DNA of 31,522 nucleotides, taken from Candidatus Sumerlaeia bacterium (GTDB lineage Bacteria > Sumerlaeota > Sumerlaeia > SLMS01 > JANRJK01). The DNA is taken from the NCBI GenBank assembly GCA_033764015.1, contig JANRJK010000034.1, positions 1 to 31,522 of the forward strand, read 5' to 3'. The notes beneath the pieces were generated by a model. The model did no database searches. It was not told the origin of the DNA and saw only the letters and a program-made list of their open reading frames with translations. Numbering within the stretch: the first letter of the stretch is position 1; each line of letters starts with the position of its first letter. The translations under genes and the position numbers were made by a program. This document shows, piece after piece, positions 1 to 7,274 of this stretch.

Positions 1-340
1 CTGGGACGAGGCGAAGGTGTCGGTAAGGGCAGCAAACGGAACGCTCTCCTCGAACGCCCGCGAAGGCGTGGCGGCGGGCGCCCTGCTCGCCCCGGCGGTC
101 CGCACCACGCAGTCCGTCCGCGCGCCGCTCTCCGCCGCGCAATCTTCCATCGGCCTCAAGTTCCTCTTCACCGCCCGCCCCTGGACCCCCGTAGGCGAGG
201 TGTACCATCTGCGGGCACGGTGGTACTCGCCGCTGGAAGGGCGTTTCCTCACGATGGATCCGATTGGCTACGACGGCGGGTACAACGTGTATATGTACTG
301 CGGCGGGGATCCGGTGAATTGGAGGGATCCGTGGGGGTTG
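1..340 (+). repeat. Rhs core repeat copy 1
   Basis: Aligns without gaps to 1620-1959. Nt 1-115 are identical to 31408-31522. Confidence 0.95.
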
Positions 341-883
341 AAGAAGTACTTGTTCTATGTGTTTGTCCGCCAACCGGGGGAGGGTGGTGACAGAGATGCA
401 TTCGAGACTTCGCAAGCCGAAGACGGTCGAGTGTCTGTAGACCCAGGACATGTCTTCGTTAAAGTGTATGGCGACGGCGAGCTAGTTGGGCCGATAGGTT
501 TCTATCCGAAATGCGACGGTGCTGCAGCGCTTGGTGGGTGTCCAGGAGAGTTGAAGGAAGACACAGACACCAACTTTGACGTAGAAGTCACTTTTGAAAT
601 AGATCGCTGCGACTTCGAAGAGACCAAGAAGTATATCGAAGAGAAACAAGCGGTCCCTCCTTACTCCCACCCACTCGACTATAACTGCGTCCACTTCGCG
701 GTCGATTGCGCGAAACAGGCGGGGGTTCAGTTACCTCAGTCACAAACCGAAGTCAGGAGTTGGCTATTGAGAGGTGCCTTCTTTCTCAACACCGGTGACC
801 TAGGCGAGGACCTACGGACTCGGAAGCAGTACCCTGCCGGCCCCCAGATTCCGGTGTTCGGCATCATCCCCATCCAAGATTAG
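2..883 (+). CDS. Orphan Rhs core + C-terminal toxin 1 (5'-truncated by window); permuted papain-like (His...Asn-Cys) toxin domain
   Basis: Rhs repeat-associated core motif YHLRARWYSPLEGRFLTMDPIGYDGGYNVYMYCGGDPVNWRDPWGL ends at nt 340. GC drops afterwards. The C-terminal domain has GHVF...GFYP...YNCVHFA...AG. The frame is open from nt 2. Confidence 0.88.
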   Translation, partial: WDEAKVSVRAANGTLSSNAREGVAAGALLAPAVRTTQSVRAPLSAAQSSIGLKFLFTARPWTPVGEVYHLRARWYSPLEGRFLTMDPIGYDGGYNVYMYCGGDPVNWRDPWGLKKYLFYVFVRQPGEGGDRDAFETSQAEDGRVSVDPGHVFVKVYGDGELVGPIGFYPKCDGAAALGGCPGELKEDTDTNFDVEVTFEIDRCDFEETKKYIEEKQAVPPYSHPLDYNCVHFAVDCAKQAGVQLPQSQTEVRSWLLRGAFFLNTGDLGEDLRTRKQYPAGPQIPVFGIIPIQD

Positions 884-896
884 GAGATTGGCTGCC

Positions 897-1379
897 ATGA
901 AGTCACGTAGACTTAGAACGACACTCGTGCACGCACTATTGTGGGGCTTTGTCCTCTTGGCAGTGGCCCGGGTGGTCGGTCTCAGTCAGAGCCCGCACGT
1001 TACCCTACGAGAGCGCTTGGAGAACTTGCTGAGCAATTCGGATGACTGGAGTTTGCAGCTAGCATATGATGATCAAGTGAAGGAGTCATTTCGAGTTGTG
1101 AGGCCCCTAATGTGGAAGGGGGATGCTCCTATCGTTGGGAAGGTCGGAATTCAGGCGCTCAGGGGTAAGACGCATATCAAGGCGAAGGATGGCATTGTTA
1201 GTACAGCTAGCGGTGATGTGTTTGTCGAGTCCTCCGGACGATGGCAGAAGTGCGGTGACCCTGCCACTGAGTTCGTGGTTGTCCAAACCCGGGATTACAT
1301 GTTTGTGATAGATATGGAGGCACAAATCGTAACTGTAGCGCATCAACGAGGAGAATCTATCGCGGAGCGGAGTGAGTGA
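897..1379 (+). CDS. Putative immunity protein for toxin 1, with N-terminal signal/TM anchor
   Basis: Directly follows the toxin stop. AGGAG (882-886) precedes ATG 897. MKSRRLRTTLVHALLWGFVLLAVARVVG gives a basic plus hydrophobic N-terminus. Low GC, like the toxin CT. Confidence 0.7.
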   Translation: MKSRRLRTTLVHALLWGFVLLAVARVVGLSQSPHVTLRERLENLLSNSDDWSLQLAYDDQVKESFRVVRPLMWKGDAPIVGKVGIQALRGKTHIKAKDGIVSTASGDVFVESSGRWQKCGDPATEFVVVQTRDYMFVIDMEAQIVTVAHQRGESIAERSE

Positions 1380-1529
1380 CTACAACATCTGATGGTGTCG
1401 ACCTTGGGGCAAGTTGGCGTGGCACTTGTCAGTGTTGCGGCCGAATGACTTCGCCGGGTGATCGCGCTCTCGCCTCGGAGCCCTAACTTCGCTGCTGTCG
1501 CCGACGTGCCAGTTCTCTTGGTCTTTCCT

Positions 1530-1959
1530 CTTGATGTCCGTCGAGGCGTATGAGTACAGTCCCTACGGCGTGCCGACGATCCACTCGCGCGAGGCGGACG
1601 GATCGGCGCAGCTCCGGGTCTGGGACGAGGCGAAGGTGTCGGTAAGGGCAGCATACGGAACGCTCTCCTCGAACGCCCGCGAAGGCGTGGCGGCGGGCGC
1701 CCTGCTCGCCCCGGCGGTCCGCACCACGCAGTCCGCCCGCGCGCCGCTCTCCGCCGCGCAGTCGTCCATCGGGCTCAAATTCCTGTTTACCGCGCGCCCC
1801 TGGACCCCCGTGGGCGAACTGTACCACCTCCGCGCGCGGTGGTACTCGCCACTCGAGGGCCGGTTCCTCACGATGGACCCGATTGGATACGATGGTGGTA
1901 GCAACGTGTATATGTACTGCGGCGGCGATCCCGTGAATTGGGTGGACCCGTGGGGGTTG
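1530..1959 (+). repeat. Rhs core repeat copy 2
   Basis: 1530-1734 matches 31318-31522 (5 differences by eye); 1620-1959 matches 1-340. Confidence 0.95.
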
Positions 1960-2601
1960 CGGATGGCGAGTATCATGGGCGCATTCCTCGACGGCTGCAC
2001 GAACGGATACACTGGGTGGTCCGCAACCTACATCTGGGCAATGTCGGGGTTCCAGACCGAGTGCTATACGGATTGGTCCGACCCCGAGCAAGCATGGGGA
2101 GGGGCATGTGGATTCGTCAGTTGGGGGGCATCTTGCTTTGCTGTTGGTCTCGTTTCAGGAGGCTCGGGTTCAGGCGTAAACTTTAGGCTACTCGGTCCCA
2201 ATTCACTGGTGCCAGTGACCAGCTGGGCACCAGCGGGCGTGACACCGACAATTGGGACTGGTCGTTGGGTGATGCTGGGGGTTAGGAGTAGAGCTAATCA
2301 CATTGCGTCTGGCGTAGTGGAGTATGGATATCCTTATGTGAATAGTGTGACAAAGATGGTGAAGTGGGGGCAATTAGGTTCTCCTGCGATGGACGCGAAA
2401 GTCAAGTGGTTTCTTGGTCAGAGGGTGATTAAGAGCGGCGTTGGATTGATAGGCATAATTGGGGGATCCAAAGGTCAAGACGACCCCAACCAAGCGCGGC
2501 CGCAGAATCACACTGGATCTAAGCTTGTAGATGCTGGCATCTTCACGCCTGTATCCACAATCAATGGATATCCGGAAGGAGTCGACAGCTATGGATGGTG
2601 A
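1531..2601 (+). CDS. Orphan Rhs core + C-terminal toxin 2 (unknown family); probably a silent cassette
   Basis: Begins at VEAYEYSPYG, has the full core motif ending VDPWGL at nt 1959, then a distinct low-GC CT. No YD-repeat body and no clear RBS. Confidence 0.85.
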   Translation: MMSVEAYEYSPYGVPTIHSREADGSAQLRVWDEAKVSVRAAYGTLSSNAREGVAAGALLAPAVRTTQSARAPLSAAQSSIGLKFLFTARPWTPVGELYHLRARWYSPLEGRFLTMDPIGYDGGSNVYMYCGGDPVNWVDPWGLRMASIMGAFLDGCTNGYTGWSATYIWAMSGFQTECYTDWSDPEQAWGGACGFVSWGASCFAVGLVSGGSGSGVNFRLLGPNSLVPVTSWAPAGVTPTIGTGRWVMLGVRSRANHIASGVVEYGYPYVNSVTKMVKWGQLGSPAMDAKVKWFLGQRVIKSGVGLIGIIGGSKGQDDPNQARPQNHTGSKLVDAGIFTPVSTINGYPEGVDSYGW

Positions 2602-3007
2602 CACCTCGCGAAGCGAGGAAGATCTGCGACGCTCCGCCACTCTCGATGCTCGGGGGTCCCTTGTAATGCTCCTTCCCATCTCGGCGACATGGGTTGTTAT
2701 GGTTTACTTGGTTGGGATGACTCCATTCCCGTTCCACCTCGCTGGCGGTTTGTGTTTTTGCTTGGCAGTGGGTTTCGAATTGCGCAGCCTCTACTTGTAT
2801 AAAAGGGGGCATTCCGGTTATTATATGCTCTCTGTTGCCTGTTACGGTTTTTCTGTTCCGCTCGGCTCTGTGTTATTTGCCCACGATGTGCTAGAGTCCT
2901 TAGGATGGGAGTTGCGACCGGCATACTCATTGCTGTTCCCAATTGCGCTGCTCTCTTGGTGGATACATTACGTGATGCCGAGACGACTTGGGTTAGTATC
3001 GCGATAG
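2591..3007 (+). CDS. Putative integral-membrane immunity protein for toxin 2 (~4 TM)
   Basis: ATG 2591 overlaps the toxin 3' end and is preceded by GGAAGGAG. Four hydrophobic segments; low GC. Confidence 0.7.
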   Translation: MDGDTSRSEEDLRRSATLDARGSLVMLLPISATWVVMVYLVGMTPFPFHLAGGLCFCLAVGFELRSLYLYKRGHSGYYMLSVACYGFSVPLGSVLFAHDVLESLGWELRPAYSLLFPIALLSWWIHYVMPRRLGLVSR

Positions 3008-3312
3008 TGAGGGGGCGCGGCGGAGTCTACTGACTTCACCTTGACTACTCGACGATTTTCGGCAGTGCTTGCAACAGTGGGCAGCATTTCCACGCGCAAA
3101 CCGCCACCCTCTAGCCATACGGGTCGAGCCGGGAGGAGCCGCTCGCGCCCGTCGAGTGGCAGTCCTCGAAGTAGACCAAGGCCCCCGAAGTTCGATGTCG
3201 ATCACCCAAACGACGTCAGTCGCCAGACCGTCTGCTACTGGTCCCGACTTGCCTTCTCTGGGTTCCGGGGGCTCCGCTCCCCCCGCACATGCCCCACCAC
3301 TGATCCACTACC

Positions 3313-3770
3313 TCAATACCTCACCCGCCAAGTCGGCGACTCCTCCACCCTGCTCCGCCTCCGGTCGTAGAGGCGCGTCGTGCTGACGTTCGCGTGGCCG
3401 AGCCACTCCTGCACCTTCGCGATGTCGGCTTGGTGCTCCAAGGCGTTGGTTGCGGCGGTTGCTCGGAGCGAGTGGACGCAGAGGCCGCGGATGTCGATCC
3501 CGGCGCGGCGGGCATGGTGTTGGACGATGTCGCGGAGGACGGATTCCGGGTGGGGTGCGGGCGGGTGTTGCTGGAGGAATGATGAGAAAGTCTCACGCGA
3601 AGACGCGAGGACGCGAAGCGGGGCCCAAGCGCGCTTCGGGGTTACCCTGCGCCGGATCTGCGGCGGGGGTCCCACGCGAGGCCGTGGTATAGAAACACGG
3701 CGAGGATCGCGCGGTCGCGTTTGCCCTTCAACGTCGCGGGGTCGGGGGCATCGAGAAGGTGGCGTGCCGC
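3313..3770 (-). pseudogene. Degraded tyrosine recombinase/integrase (XerC/D-like)
   Basis: C-terminal boxes HSLRATAATNALEHQADIAKVQEWLGHANVSTTRLY lie in one frame. The box-I segment ARHLLDAPDPATLKGKRDRAILAVFLYHGL lies in another frame (3770-~3678) and breaks just before the catalytic Arg. The middle and the N-terminus are missing. Confidence 0.85.
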
Positions 3771-3884
3771 CAGATCGCTGTTGCCCGATCCAGCCCGCGC
3801 CCACGGTGGTTGGACGGATCGTCAGCGCCGGCGGAGCATCGCCTTCCAGCACGGTGCCCCGGATGGCAGCGAAGGAGTCGCGGG

Positions 3885-4145
3885 TTGAACGTGTTCTTCG
3901 TCGAGCACTGTCACGAACTGCCGTGCGGATGCACGGATGCGAAGATGATTGGCATCTTCAGCTCTCGGGATCGTGCCGAAGCCGCCGTCCAGAGCCTGAA
4001 GGAGAAACCGGGATTCCGTGCTGCCAGCGGCATTCTGGCGCCCGACGAAGTCGGCGACCGCGACGGGTTCTTCATTGGCGAGTGGGAGATAGACGTGGCC
4101 CTCGGGTGGGGTGAAGGGTTCGTGACGGACTTGCACGGCGCCTGA
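3885..4145 (+). CDS. Small conserved hypothetical protein (possible orphan immunity-type gene)
   Basis: GAAGGAG RBS at 3871-3877, TTG at 3885. The pattern VFFVEHCHE...KMIGIFSSRDRAEAAVQSLKEKPGF...GFFIGEWEID...WGEGFVT resembles a widespread small uncharacterised family. Confidence 0.6.
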   Translation: MNVFFVEHCHELPCGCTDAKMIGIFSSRDRAEAAVQSLKEKPGFRAASGILAPDEVGDRDGFFIGEWEIDVALGWGEGFVTDLHGA

Positions 4146-4234
4146 CGCCCCTCCCGCCCAGCGAAACATCTCCTCGCCCCGTGCCCGGTCGGAGCCTTTC
4201 ATCGCCCCCGCAGACCAGACGGAGGATGCGGCCC

Positions 4235-4954
4235 ATGGCGAACCGCGTGGATGGACGGAAGCTCGATGAATTGCGCAAGGTGGTGATCACGCCCAACCCG
4301 CTGCGGTTCGCCGAGGGGAGCGCGATGATCGAATGGGGGAACAACAAGGTGCTGTGCGCGGCCACGCTGGAGCAGAAGGTGCCCCCGTACCTGATCGGCA
4401 CGGGTAGCGGCTGGGTGACGGCGGAGTACGCGATGCTGCCGCGGAGCGCCAAGCAGCGCGTGCCGCGCGAATCGGCCAAGGGCGCGCCCAACAAGCGCGG
4501 CATCGAAATCAGCCGCATCGTGTCGCGGGCGCTCCGCGCCGCGGTGGACCTGAAGAAGCTCGGCGAGCGCACGATCCTGCTCGATTGCGACGTGATCGAA
4601 AGCGACGGCGGCACGCGCACGGCCTCGATCACCGGCGCGTGGGTGGCGATGGCGCTCGCGGTGCGGCGCCTCGAGGAGATGGGGCAGGCGTCGCAGGGCA
4701 TCCTCGCGCACCAGATCGCCGCGGTGTCCGTCGGTGTGGTCGAGGGCCGGGCCGCGCTCGACCTGAACTACATCGAGGACGCGCAGGCCGAGACGGACAT
4801 GAACATCGTGATGAACGAGCTGGACGAGTTCGTCGAGCTGCAAGGCACGGCGGAGAAGCGCTGCTTCAACCGCACGCAGCTCGAGCAGATGCTCGCCATG
4901 GGCCAGGCCGGCATCGCGGCGCTCTTCGCCGAGCAGAAGCGCGCGCTGGGCTGA
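4235..4954 (+). CDS. rph: Ribonuclease PH
   Basis: RVDGRKLDELR, AEGSAMIEWGNNKVLC, GWVTAEYAMLPRS, DCDVIESDGGTRTASITGAWVA, DLNYIEDAQAETDMNIVM, ELQGTAE. GGAGG RBS at 4221-4225. Confidence 0.97.
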   Translation: MANRVDGRKLDELRKVVITPNPLRFAEGSAMIEWGNNKVLCAATLEQKVPPYLIGTGSGWVTAEYAMLPRSAKQRVPRESAKGAPNKRGIEISRIVSRALRAAVDLKKLGERTILLDCDVIESDGGTRTASITGAWVAMALAVRRLEEMGQASQGILAHQIAAVSVGVVEGRAALDLNYIEDAQAETDMNIVMNELDEFVELQGTAEKRCFNRTQLEQMLAMGQAGIAALFAEQKRALG

Positions 4955-5051
4955 GGCGGACCCATCTTCCGCTTGCTCGGGGAGCGCCCCGGGCACCGAT
5001 TGTGCTCCATTGATTCGGCGCGCCGCGCCCAACCCCCAGGAGACGCCACGG

Positions 5052-5624
5052 ATGCCGGTCGATCTCGCCAAGCTGCAGGAACTCGTCACCAAAAAGTGCC
5101 GCGAGCACTTCGGCGCCGCGGTGCAGGACATCTACAGCGCCCACGGCGAACTCAACATGGTGGCCGACCGCGAGATCGTCGTGCCGCTCTCCACGTTCCT
5201 GCGGGACGACCACGACTTCCGCTTCGACCTCCTCTCCTACGCCACCGCCGTGGACCAGTCGGCCCTCAAGAAGGAGCCGCGCTACATGATGGCGTACATG
5301 CTCTACTCGACCGCGCTCAAGCACCGCATCCGGGTGAAGTGCGGCGTGCCCGAGAACGATCCCACGATTGACACCGTGGAAGGCGTCTGGCGCACCGCGA
5401 ACTGGCTCGAGCGGGAGTGCTTCGACATGTTCGGCATCATCTTCAAGGGCCACTCGGACCTGCGCCGCATCCTGCTGCCGGACGACTGGCAGGGCCATCC
5501 GCTGCGCAAGGACTTCCCCCTGGGCGGCGTGAAGAGCTTCTACTTCAAGCGCGACACGAACCCGCGCGCGGGCGAGCCGGAAACGCTGGTGCCCCGCATC
5601 CGCGAGCAGCGCTCCGACATCTAA
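5052..5624 (+). CDS. nuoC: NADH-quinone oxidoreductase subunit C
   Basis: ANWLERECFDMFGIIFKGHSDLRRILLPDDWQGHPLRKDFPL is the complex I 30-kDa subunit signature. CAGGAG RBS. Confidence 0.93.
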   Translation: MPVDLAKLQELVTKKCREHFGAAVQDIYSAHGELNMVADREIVVPLSTFLRDDHDFRFDLLSYATAVDQSALKKEPRYMMAYMLYSTALKHRIRVKCGVPENDPTIDTVEGVWRTANWLERECFDMFGIIFKGHSDLRRILLPDDWQGHPLRKDFPLGGVKSFYFKRDTNPRAGEPETLVPRIREQRSDI

Positions 5625-5630
5625 GCCGCC

Positions 5631-6890
5631 ATGCGCCGTGTGGACGTCGCCATCGCCGGGGCAGGCCTCGCGGGGCTCTGCGCCGCGCGCGCGCTCCGCG
5701 CCCGAGGCATCGACTGCGAACTCTTCGAAGCCTCCGACGACGTGGGCGGGCGGGTCCGGACGGACCGAGCGCAGGGCTTCCTCTTCGACCGCGGCTTCCA
5801 GGTGCTGCTGACCGCCTACCCGGAGTGCCGCAGCCAACTCGACTACAAGGCGCTGCGCCTCGGCATGTTCCACCCCGGCGCCCAGGTCGCCGCCGCGGGC
5901 CGCTTCTGGACCGTCGCGGACCCGCGCCGGATGCCGCTCCAGATCTTCGAGACGCTCCGCGCCCCGATCGGGGGCTTCGCCGATAAGCTAGCCGTCCTCC
6001 GGCTCGTGGCGAAGGCCAACGCCGGCGGCCTCGACGCGCTCTTCCGCCGGCGCGACACGACGACGCTGGACTCGCTGCGGCGCCTCGGCTTCTCGAACCG
6101 GATGATCGACCGCTTCTGGCGGCCGTTCCTCGGAGGGATCTTCCTCGGGCGCGACCTCGGCGCTTCCAGCCGCATGATGGAGTTCGTGATCCGCATGATG
6201 TCGCAGGGGGGCACCGCGCTGCCCGCGGCGGGCATGGGCGCGATCCCGCGCCAGCTCGCGCAGGCCGTCCCGCCGCACGCGCTGCACCTGCGCGAGCCGG
6301 TCGCCGCCGTCGACGGGGAGGGCCTCACCCTCGCCCGGGGCGAGCGCATCGCCGCACGCGCCGTGATCGTGGCGACGGACGGCCCGGCGGCGGCGGCGCT
6401 CCTCGGGGCGAAGTCCCCCGATCCCGGATCGCGCCCCGCGACGGTGCTCTACTTCGCCGCCCAGTCGCCGCCGGTGGAGGGCCCGTGGCTCGTGCTGAAC
6501 GGCGAGCGCACCGGCCCCGTGAACAACCTCTGCGTGCCCAGCGAGGTCTGCCCCTCCTACGCGCCGCCCGGTGTGTCGCTCGTGTCCGCTGTGGTGCTCG
6601 GCGATTGGAGGGGCACGGAGGGCGAGCTGGTGCGAGACGTCCGCGCGCAACTCGTCCACTGGTACGGCGCGTCGGCGGGCAAGTGGGAGTACCTGCGGCA
6701 CTACCGGATCCGCCACGCGCAGCCGGAGCAGGCGCCGGGCTCCGGCGTCGGCGAACCGCGCGCGCGGATGCTCGCGCCGGGCCTCTTCCTTTGCGGCGAC
6801 CACGCCGAGTCCGCCTCGATCCACGGGGCGATGCGTTCCGGGCGCCGAGCGGCGGCGCTCGCGGCGCGCTGGCTCAGGAACGCGAACTAG
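5631..6890 (+). CDS. FAD-dependent oxidoreductase (flavin amine oxidase / phytoene-dehydrogenase-like family)
   Basis: VAIAGAGLAGL, EASDDVGGRVRTD, DRGFQVLLTAYPE, LCGDH...SIHGAMRSGRRAA. Confidence 0.9.
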   Translation: MRRVDVAIAGAGLAGLCAARALRARGIDCELFEASDDVGGRVRTDRAQGFLFDRGFQVLLTAYPECRSQLDYKALRLGMFHPGAQVAAAGRFWTVADPRRMPLQIFETLRAPIGGFADKLAVLRLVAKANAGGLDALFRRRDTTTLDSLRRLGFSNRMIDRFWRPFLGGIFLGRDLGASSRMMEFVIRMMSQGGTALPAAGMGAIPRQLAQAVPPHALHLREPVAAVDGEGLTLARGERIAARAVIVATDGPAAAALLGAKSPDPGSRPATVLYFAAQSPPVEGPWLVLNGERTGPVNNLCVPSEVCPSYAPPGVSLVSAVVLGDWRGTEGELVRDVRAQLVHWYGASAGKWEYLRHYRIRHAQPEQAPGSGVGEPRARMLAPGLFLCGDHAESASIHGAMRSGRRAAALAARWLRNAN

Positions 6891-6907
6891 CTTACGAGGA
6901 GGCGGCG

Positions 6908-7270
6908 ATGCCCCGCTTGATCGAAGGTCCCACCCGCGTCGAAGCGGCGGGCAACAAGCCGAAGCTGATCGACGAGTACATCGGCCGTGTGAACAGCGGC
7001 CACTCCGCGGCCAGCGTGGCGCACATGCGCTCGCCCGGCGGATGGGTCGAACCCGGCCAGCGACCCGATTTCGACGAGTTCACGCTGGTGCTCCGAGGCA
7101 TGCTCCGCGTCGAGCACGAGGGCGGCGCGCTCGAAGTCCGCGCGGGCCAGGCGGTGGTTACGAAGGCCGGCGAGTGGGTCCGCTACAGCACCCCGGAGCC
7201 GGAGGGCGCCGAGTACATCGCCGTGTGCCTGCCGGCCTTTTCCCCCGGCACCGTCCACCGCGACGACTGA
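6908..7270 (+). CDS. Cupin-domain protein
   Basis: GAGGAGG RBS. MPRLIEGPTRVEAAGNKPKLIDEYIGRVNSG...GWVEPGQRPDFDEFTLVLRG...GEWVRYSTP...AEYIAVCLPAFSP. Confidence 0.88.
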   Translation: MPRLIEGPTRVEAAGNKPKLIDEYIGRVNSGHSAASVAHMRSPGGWVEPGQRPDFDEFTLVLRGMLRVEHEGGALEVRAGQAVVTKAGEWVRYSTPEPEGAEYIAVCLPAFSPGTVHRDD

Positions 7271-7274
7271 CTGA

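Noticed and set aside
1..1959. Near-identical repeat pair as a diversity-generating retroelement TR/VR
   Set aside because: Differences are mostly synonymous third-position changes, not adenine-specific, and no reverse transcriptase is present.
3008..3312. Additional gene between immunity 2 and the integrase relic (ORFs 3041-3370, 3069-3386)
   Set aside because: No RBS, no recognisable motif, and overlap with the integrase. May be decayed cassette debris but cannot be supported.
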